NCBI GenBank assembly: GCA_016939365.1
Contig: JAFGHD010000020.1
Location: forward strand, 1,758 to 65,757
Direction of reading: 5' to 3'
Length of the DNA: 64,000 nt
Origin: Bacteroidales bacterium
GTDB lineage: Bacteria; Bacteroidota; Bacteroidia; Bacteroidales; JAFGHD01
The notes beneath the pieces are model-generated. The model searched no databases. It had not been told where the DNA came from and saw only the letters and a program-made list of their open reading frames with translations. Shown piece after piece: positions 29,832 through 40,115 of the stretch (position 1 is its first letter; each line of letters starts with the position of its first letter). A program made the position numbers and the translations under genes.

Positions 29832-30857
29832 TCAGAGTTTCATTCCCTCGGTGCAGTTCCGGCATATCTCTATTGATGACCTGCTGGCAAATATCTGTTT
29901 GCGAAAGCGGTCATATAAGACACCCGTCCAGATTTCCCCGAATTCAGCCTCTGAGAGGTTTCCCAGCCGGTGGCTGGCATCCTTGTCGAAACAGCATGGT
30001 ACGACAAGGCCATCCCATGTAATAACAGATCCGCTCCACATTCGGTAGCAGCGGTTGGGGAGGCTGTTTTTGAAAATGTAAGATCCGTCAGGGAGCCTCC
30101 GGTACCTTGAATAGCGGTCTATCGTAGGGATGAGGTCGTTGCCGTTACGGTAGTCGTTGATCTGTGCTGTTTTGAACTGCAATTCATCCACCCCCAGATC
30201 ACGGCACAGTTCTTTTGCTTCATCCAACTGATGTTCATTGGTACGGAAAACGATGAACTGGACAATGAGGTGAGGGGTATGTGACTTCAGTTCCTTTCTG
30301 GCCTGGATCAGATTCCGGATACCATCGATTACGCGCTGGTAGCGTCCCCCAACCCTGTATGCAGCATAAGCCTCCTGGCCGATCCCGTCCAGTGATATAA
30401 TCAGGCGGTTCAGACCGGATTCAACAGTTTTCCTGGCATTTTCCGGGTTCAGGAAATGGGCGTTGGTCGAGGTGGCCGTGTAAATCCTGCGTTCCCGTGC
30501 CATCCTTACAAAATCGAAGAAATGAGGATTCATGTAGGGTTCTCCCTGAAAATAAAGCAGAAGATACCAGAGATCTTTTCCTGTCTGGCGGATGATGGAC
30601 TGATAAAGATCCAGGTTCATCATTCCGGTATTCCTGGAAAACTTCCTCAAGCCGGATGGGCACTCAGGGCAGCGGAGATTGCAGGAGGTAGTGGGCTCAA
30701 CCGAGAGTGACAGAGGCATTCCTGCATGCCAAACCACTCCTGTAAGCCTTGACCAGTAAAAGCTTGTGACCGTAAGAAAGAGATTCCACAGCCGCCGGGG
30801 GGTAGTCCCGGCCAATATGCTGATCCGGTCCCTGATTATCCTGAAATCCATTCCCAT
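29832..30857 (-). CDS. Radical SAM protein with a SPASM/twitch domain
   Basis: CNLRCPEC (CxxxCxxC), QGEP and SLDG motifs, then C-terminal CYRMW...PCCFD...CRNC. TACCTTTG box at 30952-30959. Confidence 0.92.
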   Translation of the reverse strand: MGMDFRIIRDRISILAGTTPRRLWNLFLTVTSFYWSRLTGVVWHAGMPLSLSVEPTTSCNLRCPECPSGLRKFSRNTGMMNLDLYQSIIRQTGKDLWYLLLYFQGEPYMNPHFFDFVRMARERRIYTATSTNAHFLNPENARKTVESGLNRLIISLDGIGQEAYAAYRVGGRYQRVIDGIRNLIQARKELKSHTPHLIVQFIVFRTNEHQLDEAKELCRDLGVDELQFKTAQINDYRNGNDLIPTIDRYSRYRRLPDGSYIFKNSLPNRCYRMWSGSVITWDGLVVPCCFDKDASHRLGNLSEAEFGEIWTGVLYDRFRKQIFASRSSIEICRNCTEGMKL

Positions 30858-31048
30858 AATCTTCTAACGGGCCGTAAACCGGCCGGCGTTTTATTCCGGT
30901 CTCAGGAGACCTCAGCCGCAGACCGGATTACCGCAAAAAAACAGACGGCTTCAAAGGTACATTTTTGTAAGTCCATTGTCTATCATCAAACACATAATCC
31001 GGTGCATTGTTTCCGGCAGGAAGTCAAAAAAGGCGGGGCAGGTCAAAG

Positions 31049-32143
31049 TCAAATCTTGGCGGTAAGTTTTTTCACCAGCTTGAACTGGCTGAGAAATTCC
31101 TTGGCAACAATCCGGATGACGGTATAGCCAGGTATCGCCAGGATCATTCCGGGTACCCCGGCCAGGCTTCCGGCCATGAGGATCACAAGAAATATCTCGA
31201 TAGGATGTGCTTTCACACTGTTGGAGTATATCACAGGTTGAAGCACCAAATTATCGATGAGATTGGCCACCACGAACGCTCCAACCACACGGAGGGAAAT
31301 ATCCAGCAGGCCTGAATATATTTCGGCGCTCAGACTGCTGGTTACGGCGATGATCACCCCCATGATAGCGCCGATGACAGGACCGAGGTAAGGTATGATG
31401 TTCATAAACCCTCCAAGGAAGCCGATGAGCAGGGCATTTTCCACCCCCAGAAGCAACAAGCCGGATGTCAGCAAGGTGATCATCGAAATCACTTCAAGAC
31501 TGAGCCCGATGAAATACCTGCTGAGTAAATTCTTGATCTCATTCAGTGCATTGGCCGCTTTCTCCTCATATTTCACGGGAACGAACAATAAAATACCGTT
31601 GAAAAACAAATGCCGGTCCCGGAGAAAAAAGAAGGTCAGGAAAACAACAGTAAACACAGCAATAAACAGTGTGCCTGTCAGGCTGATGAGATTATTGAAA
31701 AAATTTGCAAAGGTGGCCATGCTCAGGACCGATTGCAATTGTGTTTTAATGGATGATTCAATGGTTTGGTCATCGGCAATGATATTATAACGAATGAGAA
31801 AATCCTGCAGACTGGCAATCGGAGACTGGAGATCAAAGGTGATCTTCTCAATATCGATTCCTGCGATGGTCTCGGCTTGCCCTGCGACCAATGGAATAAA
31901 TAACAGAACCAGGGAGACCATCACACCCAAAATAATGATCAGCGCAAGGACGGCGCTGAGACTATGGGGAAACTGAACATTCCGGATACGGATTCGATCA
32001 AAAAGGGACACCAGGGGATGGCCCATGAATGACAATACGCCCGAGACCAAAATATAGACCACAATATCGGAAAAGAACCAAATCATGTAAATTCCCAGCA
32101 CGAAGAGCAAACCTCCCAGGATAAACTGTCCGGTTTTATTCAT
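31049..32143 (-). CDS. AI-2E family transporter
   Basis: LTFFFLRD, NIIPYLGP, DNLVLQP and HP...G.LAGVPGMILAIP motifs. Confidence 0.92.
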   Translation of the reverse strand: MNKTGQFILGGLLFVLGIYMIWFFSDIVVYILVSGVLSFMGHPLVSLFDRIRIRNVQFPHSLSAVLALIIILGVMVSLVLLFIPLVAGQAETIAGIDIEKITFDLQSPIASLQDFLIRYNIIADDQTIESSIKTQLQSVLSMATFANFFNNLISLTGTLFIAVFTVVFLTFFFLRDRHLFFNGILLFVPVKYEEKAANALNEIKNLLSRYFIGLSLEVISMITLLTSGLLLLGVENALLIGFLGGFMNIIPYLGPVIGAIMGVIIAVTSSLSAEIYSGLLDISLRVVGAFVVANLIDNLVLQPVIYSNSVKAHPIEIFLVILMAGSLAGVPGMILAIPGYTVIRIVAKEFLSQFKLVKKLTAKI

Positions 32144-32281
32144 ATTCAGGATGTTTCAGCAAAATTAGAAACAATTAATGAGAGGAGCCGATATGGATGC
32201 CGCACGTTGTCTTCGTAACAGAATGATAATGAGCATAGATCAAAATCCGTCATCCGGCTCGTGGATGATGAAGCCAGAAGG

Positions 32282-32680
32282 TCATAAACAGTCTTTCTCC
32301 CAGACAAAAGCCGGCCGGAGTAAATCATGCGGCCAGAGCCGGTGATAATTCAGCAGGATAAACTTGAGCTGGCTTGTTGAAAGGGTCTTGACAATATAAA
32401 CAATCACCTTGCCTGAACCGGTTTGGTCGTCAAACCATCCCTCTTCATTCACCGACAACACCTCACTGACGGGATACTGAAAAAGATAAGTCCTTGAAAA
32501 GAAATGGAAGGCTTGCCTGTCAAGCATCTCAAGGGCTTCAGCCTCCCTGAGGTACTCCCTTTCCCGGCGGTCAAGACGCTCCAGCATACCAAATCCTGAA
32601 AAATTGAGGATCACGGCAGCCGAAAAGATGACCACCGACATCGATATCTTTTTTGTCAACGTTTTGACATTCATTTGCAT
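32282..32680 (-). CDS. Hypothetical protein with an N-terminal hydrophobic segment
   Basis: 132-aa ORF filling the intergenic gap. No motif recognised. Confidence 0.45.
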   Translation of the reverse strand: MQMNVKTLTKKISMSVVIFSAAVILNFSGFGMLERLDRREREYLREAEALEMLDRQAFHFFSRTYLFQYPVSEVLSVNEEGWFDDQTGSGKVIVYIVKTLSTSQLKFILLNYHRLWPHDLLRPAFVWEKDCL

Positions 32681-32903
32681 AATAAATCAATCGCCCAATC
32701 CTTTGCCAAAACGGGGTGATAATCTGTACCCTTCAGTCACAGGGTATGAAATTACAATTTTTTCTTCATATGGAAACTCTGGCAGTGCGATGGCTGATCA
32801 TCCGGAAGAAATCCGGTGGGAACCAATAAGGTTGACCGATCTGTATTAAATTTGTATGTCATCCGGGAAATCTCCAGGAATAGAATAAATATATTCCAGC
32901 ATT

Positions 32904-35078
32904 ATGAAAGTGTCAAAACGGACCCTGATCACGTTTATCGTTTTCGCTTCACTGTTTCCCATGTCCTCTGATTGCCAGTGGATCAGTGTCCCGGATCCCT
33001 ACCTTCAGATCCACGCAGATGCGGATGATCCCCTGTATACGACCTATTCCGCAGCTCCTGAAAGGTCACGGCTTTATGGTGACAAGGCATATAAAATGGA
33101 CTATTATTCCGATTGCAATCCCATTCATTTTCAATCTGATCCATACGGCAGGTTCTATCATCTGTGGATGATCGACAAGGTGGTAATCGATCTCACCGGC
33201 AAATACTATAAAAAACCGGTGGTCACCGCATCCTTTCCTGACATGGCCATTCTGGAATATGAACCCGTAAAAGGTCTTCGGGTGCGTCAATGTTTCCTGG
33301 TTTACAGTTCCCGGAGTGCAATGGTCGATCTGATGATCCGTAATGAAAGCGGACGGGAACATCTCGTTGAAATCTATCCGATTCTGGAAATGGGCAACGA
33401 TTCCTTGCTGATATCAGGTTTTGATGACAACCTGAACGGTTATGTTACACATCACCGGGAGACAAGGGAGCGGCTGATCAGTGATCTTTATGCTGCGGCA
33501 CCATACCCCACAGAGTGGACAGGTTTTTTTTCTGCCGGTTTTCCGCTCTATTCCCGTGGTGGATTTCACGGAAGCATCCCGGAGTTTTATCAGTATATCA
33601 AAACCGACTTCTATGAAGAGGAACGAAGCCACGACTCTCTGAACTTCCTTGAAGAAGGGAATGTTGATTTCATTGCACTTCACGGCCAATTTGAACTTGC
33701 CTCCGGAGCGGAAATGAGCCTGAGGTATTTCAGGTCTCTTCAGGGGTCGGATGAGCCGATTGAGACGTTGCGGGATGAAATGGAGACACTCCAAACGGTC
33801 AGTCTGCAGGATTTTCTGGACGCCAATACAGCTCTTTTCAAGAGCATACCGAGGCCTGAACTGATTACGGAGGAAGAAAAACTGTTATATCTGGGCTCGT
33901 TCAACCTCGTCAGGGGATGCATGCTTCCACCCACCGGTCATACCAGGAACCATTATTATGTTTTTTCGAGGAATCCCATATGGGGGTGGGGTCATGGTCA
34001 TCAGGTGCTGCATGAATCCCTCAGCATGCTGGCTTATGTCTATCTCGATTGCCGGACGGCCATGGAATCACAGCGCGTGTTCATGGAGCAGCAGGGGGAG
34101 GATGGACTTATCGCTTACCGTCATGGCCCGCGTGGTCCGCAAACCTATCCACACAAGGGTCAGCCGACCACTTCAGCACCCTTTTACAATTGGATCAACT
34201 GGGAATTATTCAGGGTTTGTCCTGACACAGCATTTCTTAAGGATGCCTATGTCTCCGGCACCAGTTATATAGACTGGGTTCTGGGAAACCGCGATAAGGA
34301 CCGCGACGGATCCCTTGAATGGGGACCATATGGTATCATTGAGAACGTCCGTGACTGGTATAATGTGGTTTTCCAGGTTTCAAAGGAACGTTACCTGGAT
34401 ATCGACAAAGAAGACATCTCAGATGAACTGGAATGTCTGGACCTGAACCTGATGGTCATCAATGAAATGAGATGTCTTTCATCAATGGCCGGGATTCTGG
34501 ATATACCTGAGGATTCTGTTAAATGGAAGGGACTGGCCGACAGCATGTCCATGCGGATCAATGAATACATGTGGGATCCGGCATCCGGATTCTATTACCA
34601 TGTGGATATGAAAAACCACAGTTTCCGTTTTATGGAGAGAGACCTGCGCAGGCAGGAAATCATTGGCTTCCTTCCCCTGTGGGCGCAGGCGACTGATTCC
34701 GCAAGGGCCGGCCGGCTTATCAAAGCACTGACTGATACCACGAAATTCTGGAGGGAATTTGGCATTCCCACCCTGGCCGCAGATGATCCCTGGTACAGCC
34801 CCGACGTGGATTATTGCTGCAAATGGAACGGCCCTGTCTGGATGCTTTGGGATTACATGGTGTTTGATGGCCTTCTGAAATATGGGTACGAAAACCTCGC
34901 TCTCCGCCTTGGAGAGAAAATGGTGCATGCTGCATCTGCACAGCTCAGGATCAACCACAACTTCTGGGAGTCATACAGCCCCGACAATACTGTGCTTGAC
35001 TGCCCTTCCAATTACATTTGGGATGCCATACTGGCTAAGATTCTCATCGAGCTGAACCGCCTGCGGGTTGGACAATAA
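32904..35078 (+). CDS. Secreted six-hairpin glycoside hydrolase (GH63/MGH1/trehalase-like)
   Basis: Signal peptide. DKDRDG, DLN, MWDPASGFYY, FLPLWA, GIPTLA, WNGPVW and FWESYSP are typical of (alpha/alpha)6 glycosidases. TAAATTTG at 32847-32854. Confidence 0.78.
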   Translation: MKVSKRTLITFIVFASLFPMSSDCQWISVPDPYLQIHADADDPLYTTYSAAPERSRLYGDKAYKMDYYSDCNPIHFQSDPYGRFYHLWMIDKVVIDLTGKYYKKPVVTASFPDMAILEYEPVKGLRVRQCFLVYSSRSAMVDLMIRNESGREHLVEIYPILEMGNDSLLISGFDDNLNGYVTHHRETRERLISDLYAAAPYPTEWTGFFSAGFPLYSRGGFHGSIPEFYQYIKTDFYEEERSHDSLNFLEEGNVDFIALHGQFELASGAEMSLRYFRSLQGSDEPIETLRDEMETLQTVSLQDFLDANTALFKSIPRPELITEEEKLLYLGSFNLVRGCMLPPTGHTRNHYYVFSRNPIWGWGHGHQVLHESLSMLAYVYLDCRTAMESQRVFMEQQGEDGLIAYRHGPRGPQTYPHKGQPTTSAPFYNWINWELFRVCPDTAFLKDAYVSGTSYIDWVLGNRDKDRDGSLEWGPYGIIENVRDWYNVVFQVSKERYLDIDKEDISDELECLDLNLMVINEMRCLSSMAGILDIPEDSVKWKGLADSMSMRINEYMWDPASGFYYHVDMKNHSFRFMERDLRRQEIIGFLPLWAQATDSARAGRLIKALTDTTKFWREFGIPTLAADDPWYSPDVDYCCKWNGPVWMLWDYMVFDGLLKYGYENLALRLGEKMVHAASAQLRINHNFWESYSPDNTVLDCPSNYIWDAILAKILIELNRLRVGQ

Positions 35079-35284
35079 GATGAGGTTTCCATCGTATTTT
35101 CAGAGACAAAATACAATAGAACCCCCATCACATTCTAAGCTATTACCCCTTCCGGCCAGAATAGGATACTAACACCCGGTAAAAATTCATCTTCAGTCCG
35201 GAAGCACTCATGACAGAGTACCGGTTATGGGCATACCCGGACACGCGGATCGTCCGGTTTAGAATCAAAATAAACGGAATATGA

Positions 35285-35755
35285 CTATCCGAGGAAGTAT
35301 TCAAACTGATTGGAGGTCGGGTTCTTTTCCCTTTTCAGTTTGTTTTCCTTCACCAGTTTCATCAGAGGACCTGAAAGGTCAGTGCTCTTGAAATCGGTCT
35401 TCAGGTTTTCGTTGCAATGGGCAACAACATCGCCCAAAGCTCTGTGGGTTTTGAAGAAATCACCGTCCATCAGGATGTCAAGGGTTTTGGATGGCCCTAC
35501 TTTTCTTTTTCTCGGTCCACCCTTTGGGCCGGGTTTGCGACCGCCCCTTTTCCCGGGCTCCTTCACCTTGGCCACAACCTCAACCTTTGGTTTGCGTCCC
35601 GGTTTTTTCCTGCCCACTTTTGCAGGTGCATCGACCTCAATCCCCTTAAGCAGGGATTCCACGATCTTCAGCTGAACAGCCTCGGATTTAAATGAATTCA
35701 CAATTCCGGCAAGCTCTTTCAGCTCATCTTTTAGATTACCCAGTAATTTTGCCAT
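35285..35755 (-). CDS. Basic hypothetical protein, putative DNA-binding (Lys/Arg/Gly/Pro-rich linker and winged-helix-like C-terminus)
   Basis: GRKKPGRKPK and KRGGRKPGPKGGPRKRK segments, with C-terminal FFKTHRALGDV...LSGPLMKLVKENKLKR...QFEY. TATTTTTG box at 35812-35819. Confidence 0.7.
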   Translation of the reverse strand: MAKLLGNLKDELKELAGIVNSFKSEAVQLKIVESLLKGIEVDAPAKVGRKKPGRKPKVEVVAKVKEPGKRGGRKPGPKGGPRKRKVGPSKTLDILMDGDFFKTHRALGDVVAHCNENLKTDFKSTDLSGPLMKLVKENKLKREKNPTSNQFEYFLG

Positions 35756-36012
35756 ACATCAAGTTTTTAATTGAGTATTTATCACAGGTTCAAAATGAAC
35801 CTTATGGATAACAAAAATAAGTATATTTTTCAAAATATCTAATTTATTTCGGATATTTTTTTGAAATCAGTCTGCGACCAATGTTTGATCAGGGGGTAAA
35901 GCCTTGCTTCTTAGATATTTAAAACATCCATTGTATGTTAGCAGAATGCGGATCAATAACAGTAATAATACTGTCTTTTCAGCTGTCTGGCAAGGATAAT
36001 CCCGTTCAATGA

Positions 36013-39000
36013 CTATTTGTTCTTCTCCGGATAGGAAGGTATTTCCAGCCAGTTTTCAGGCCAGTTTTTCAGATCTTCCAGGATCAATTCTATGGCTTTA
36101 TTCAGCTGGTCATCATTTCCATCATATTCACGTGCCGGATCATTGTCGACCCAGACATCGGGTTCGACGCCCCTGCCTTCGATCACGAACTGTTTCATTT
36201 GCAGGTCGTAGTGTGCAAATTCAGGCCGGATCAGGGCACCGCCATCGACAAAGGGTATAGGGCTGCGGTAACCCACCACACCGCCCCATGTCCTGACGCC
36301 CACCAGTTTTCCCAGCCCCAGCTTCCTGAACTGATACGGGAAAAGATCGCCGTCAGAAGCAGAATAGTTGTCGATGAGCATAATCTTGGGGCCATGCTGT
36401 AAACCTGCCGGCTTGGTATTGGGAGATCCGTTCCTGCCAACCGACATGATGGTGATCTCGCGGGCAAGTCTTTCGATGATCATCGGGGAGACGTTACCGC
36501 CGCCGTTACCCCGGTTATCAATGATCAATGCCCTTTTCCTCAGCTGGGGATAGTAATGCTTTACAAATTCATTCAGCCCTTCCGAACTCATATCCGGAAT
36601 GTGGATATAACCCACTTGTCCCTCCGTAGCCGCCTCTACCTTCCGTATATTGTCCTGCACCCAATTGTAATAATACAAACCGCTTTCATCCCGGGCAGGA
36701 ATAACGGTCACCCTTCGTGCCCCATCCAGTGAAGGGACATTGTTCACCGTGAGCTCCACCTGTTTTCCAGCCATGCCAAACAGCGATTGATAAATGTCGT
36801 TCATTTCCGTGGTGGATTTCCCGTTGACCGCCAGAATGTAGTCGCCCTCATGAACATCCACACCCACCTCCGTCAAGGGAGAACGGGTGGCATCATTCCA
36901 GTTTTCACCCTGCAAAATACGATCGATCCGGTATGTTCCTTCAGGGTCACGACTAAGTTCTGCACCCAGCAATCCCATACTGATCCGTTCCGGGGCGGGT
37001 TTGTCCCCGCCGGTTATGTATGCATGGCCGGCATTCAGCTCACCGATCATTTCACCGATCACATAGTTCAGATCGTCCCGGTGATATACATAAGGGATCA
37101 ATGCGGCATATTTTTCATACACCGCATGCCAGTCCACCCCATGCATCCCGGGATCATAGAAGAAATCCCGCATCAGTCTCCAGGCTTCATTGAAAATCTG
37201 GTTCCACTCCTCCCGGTAATCAACCATTATTTTCATACCGGACAGATCGACGAACTTGTCCAGGTTTACTTTCGAGGCGGGAATGTCGATTACAGCATAC
37301 TGAGCCCCGCTGCTGACGGCCATCTTTTTCCGGTCGGCTGAAATGATGAAGCTTCCGAATTCACCGATGGTTTTCTCGCTGCGATCATCCAGATCAAACA
37401 TCTTCAGGCTGGCTTTCTCCTGGCTGGCATCTCTGAAGCAGTAGTACAACCTGTTTTCTGCGGGCTGGAGGTTCCAATAGCTACCGTTTTCCACCGGTAA
37501 TGCAATGATCCGGCCTTCTATCCCGTCGAAATCTATCCCGACAAGCGGATTGTCCTTTTCCCCCTCCTGACCCGGCGGTTCATTTCCAGGATCTTTTTTG
37601 ATATTTACCTCATCATTCCGGGGGCCGAGTGGATTTTCCACCGATTTCTCCAGTGTGAGGGCGAATAGTTTGTGCATATCCCTGTAGATATGGTTCCATT
37701 CCGTCCAGCTGTAGGCCGGAGAGAAATCCCTGGATGAGACGAAGAAGAGATATTTGCCGTCGATACTGAAAACCGGTGATCCGGAAGCGTACCAGCTGTC
37801 TGTTACCGGTCTTTTCACGCCTCCTTCAAGCTGGTATATCCAGATACGGGGCATACCCTCCTTTTCAGGTTTCACATATGCGATCCATCGGCTATCGGGC
37901 GACCACACATATTCATTGAACTCCCCATCCCGTGTTTCATCCACCATAACAGGCAGACCTGTTTCAACATCGGCATATTGCAGCCTTTGTTTCTTATCGG
38001 ACCATAACATTTTCCTGTTGTCTGGCGACCAGACCGGATTATAAACATATGTGTCACCCAGGCGGACCACGCACCGTGCCTCAGTCATGCCATCCTGCTG
38101 CTGTACGTAAATGTCATCACTTCCATTCTGGTCGGAGACGAAGGAAATATACTTCCCGTCGGGTGACCATTCCACATTTCTTTCGTTTACACGGGAAGTG
38201 TTGGTCAGATTCCGCGTGATCCCATGGCGTACAGGAACGGAAAAGACATCCCCTCTGGCTCCGAAAACCATCCGGTTGCCATCCGGAGAGAGGGCCCAGC
38301 TCCTGATGAAATGGCTGGCATCTTCGATCCCATTGCGACTCCACGAATGGTCATCTGCGATGACAACAGGAATTCTTGAAACCTGACGGTCAGAAAGGTT
38401 GAAACGGTAGAGAAAGCCCCCATTTTCATAAATAATGGAATGATCGCCCAGGCTTGGAAATTTGATATCATAACCGGTATAATGTGTCAGCTTTTCGGTT
38501 TCGCCCGTCAGGGTATTATAGGCAAAAAGGTTCATCGTCCTGTCACGGTCCGACAGGAAATAAATCATGTCACCGTGCCACATAGGGATGATATCCTGCG
38601 CTTCATTGTTGGTGATATTGATTGTTTGCCGGGTTTCGAAATCATATATCCAGACATCATCAACCATCCCCCCACGGTAATATTTCCAGGTCCTGAACTC
38701 ACGGAAAACACGGTTGAATGCCAGTTTCTTCCTGTCAGGGGAAAAGCTGCAGAAACCGGCACAGGGTAAAGGAAACTCATCAGAGAGGCCGCCTGAGGTT
38801 GACACTGTGTAGAGTCTTCCCTTGAAAGGGTTGAATGAGTTTTTGCGGGAGCGGTAAATGATCTCGTGATCATTTTTCCAGCCCATGACGATATTATTCG
38901 GGCCCATCCGGTCTGAAATATCGTCTCTGGACAAGGTGGCCGTATATGTCAGCCTTTCCGGAATACCGCCACCGGAGGGTATCAGATATACTTCTGTATT

Positions 39001-39252
39001 TCCGTCATACTGGCCGGTGAAAGCGATCTGGTTTCCGTCCGGTGAGAAACGGGCAAACATCTCGAATCCTACGTCATTCGTCAGTTTACGTGCCACGCCA
39101 CCCTCCAGTCCGACAGAATAAAGGTCGCCGGCAAAGGTAAATACTACCATATCCCCGTGGACAGCCGGGAATCTGAGAAGCCGGGCTTCCTCCTGGGATT
39201 TGAGCAGCCATGTGAGGCAAAGCAGTGCAGAAATCAAAACCAGTCTTTTCAT
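36013..39252 (-). CDS. Tricorn protease homolog (S41B)
   Basis: ARLLRFP, PD40-type propeller repeats, GELNAGHAY, PDZ, GYIHIPDM, RGNGGG, SASDGD and RTWGG motifs. Start moved to MKRLVL at 39252, which gives a signal peptide. Confidence 0.95.
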   Translation of the reverse strand: MKRLVLISALLCLTWLLKSQEEARLLRFPAVHGDMVVFTFAGDLYSVGLEGGVARKLTNDVGFEMFARFSPDGNQIAFTGQYDGNTEVYLIPSGGGIPERLTYTATLSRDDISDRMGPNNIVMGWKNDHEIIYRSRKNSFNPFKGRLYTVSTSGGLSDEFPLPCAGFCSFSPDRKKLAFNRVFREFRTWKYYRGGMVDDVWIYDFETRQTINITNNEAQDIIPMWHGDMIYFLSDRDRTMNLFAYNTLTGETEKLTHYTGYDIKFPSLGDHSIIYENGGFLYRFNLSDRQVSRIPVVIADDHSWSRNGIEDASHFIRSWALSPDGNRMVFGARGDVFSVPVRHGITRNLTNTSRVNERNVEWSPDGKYISFVSDQNGSDDIYVQQQDGMTEARCVVRLGDTYVYNPVWSPDNRKMLWSDKKQRLQYADVETGLPVMVDETRDGEFNEYVWSPDSRWIAYVKPEKEGMPRIWIYQLEGGVKRPVTDSWYASGSPVFSIDGKYLFFVSSRDFSPAYSWTEWNHIYRDMHKLFALTLEKSVENPLGPRNDEVNIKKDPGNEPPGQEGEKDNPLVGIDFDGIEGRIIALPVENGSYWNLQPAENRLYYCFRDASQEKASLKMFDLDDRSEKTIGEFGSFIISADRKKMAVSSGAQYAVIDIPASKVNLDKFVDLSGMKIMVDYREEWNQIFNEAWRLMRDFFYDPGMHGVDWHAVYEKYAALIPYVYHRDDLNYVIGEMIGELNAGHAYITGGDKPAPERISMGLLGAELSRDPEGTYRIDRILQGENWNDATRSPLTEVGVDVHEGDYILAVNGKSTTEMNDIYQSLFGMAGKQVELTVNNVPSLDGARRVTVIPARDESGLYYYNWVQDNIRKVEAATEGQVGYIHIPDMSSEGLNEFVKHYYPQLRKRALIIDNRGNGGGNVSPMIIERLAREITIMSVGRNGSPNTKPAGLQHGPKIMLIDNYSASDGDLFPYQFRKLGLGKLVGVRTWGGVVGYRSPIPFVDGGALIRPEFAHYDLQMKQFVIEGRGVEPDVWVDNDPAREYDGNDDQLNKAIELILEDLKNWPENWLEIPSYPEKNK

Positions 39253-39388
39253 ATCTCTTTTTATTGAAAACAATTGCAAAGCCAAATGTTGTACCATGAA
39301 ATCAATGCATTAAATGTCAGACCCATATGCCGGAACACATGTGAATTCCGGTTGGATAACGGACGGTGGATGTCCACTGCCGGACAGG

Positions 39389-40024
39389 CTACCATCCCAG
39401 TACGTCTGAAAAAAACCACTCATCAAGACCTGATGCCCATGCCAGCATGGCCAGACCTCCTGCAAACAACGGTACGAATAAAAGGGCAATCAGGTAATTG
39501 GCCAGCAGGGAGATTTTCTGTGATGCACCCAGTTGTCCAAGTTTTCGTCCCCCCTTGATTTTCCAACCGCGAAAATAGAAATAACAGCCAAAGACCACTG
39601 ATATCAAAAGCATCAGGATCCCACCCGAATATCCCACGATGCCGATGCTCCCCGATAGAAATGCCGAATAGAGCATTTGCAACACTACGATCCCCATATA
39701 GAGGAGAAGTGCAGACATGAGCCAATATTTGGCAAGTCCACCAGCCATCCAACTCAGTGAGATGCCCCTGTAGAACATCACAACCAATACGGCCATGGGC
39801 GCCATCAGGGTCAAGGCCCGGAGATGGATACGTAAGGGTATATGGTCGCGGCCTGCTGCAAAGAGAATGAAAATAAGCAGACTAAAAAGTATCAGCAGAT
39901 AGGAAATTCCACGGCTGATTTTCGTTTCAAAGACATTCTTTGGCCTGACCACCCTCCGGCCCGCCCTGAAAAAGCCATCCACCTGATTATGGATAAATCC
40001 GGGAAAGTGGCTTCCCATCATCAT
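39389..40024 (-). CDS. Hypothetical membrane protein (about 5 TM)
   Basis: 211-aa ORF with several hydrophobic segments, co-oriented with its neighbours. Confidence 0.6.
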   Translation of the reverse strand: MMMGSHFPGFIHNQVDGFFRAGRRVVRPKNVFETKISRGISYLLILFSLLIFILFAAGRDHIPLRIHLRALTLMAPMAVLVVMFYRGISLSWMAGGLAKYWLMSALLLYMGIVVLQMLYSAFLSGSIGIVGYSGGILMLLISVVFGCYFYFRGWKIKGGRKLGQLGASQKISLLANYLIALLFVPLFAGGLAMLAWASGLDEWFFSDVLGW

Positions 40025-40115
40025 TCATGCCCGCATTAGATATATTCTGTTTCCCTGCAAGGATTAAACGAGACGGCATATATGAGTAACCCTTGCAAGG
40101 AGTATATTCAGGGAG

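Noticed and set aside
29478-30857. RiPP system made of the radical SAM/SPASM enzyme and the 69-aa ORF as precursor
   Set aside because: The small ORF is convergent, separately promoted and made of two TM segments. There is no leader/core pattern, RRE domain or peptidase-transporter.
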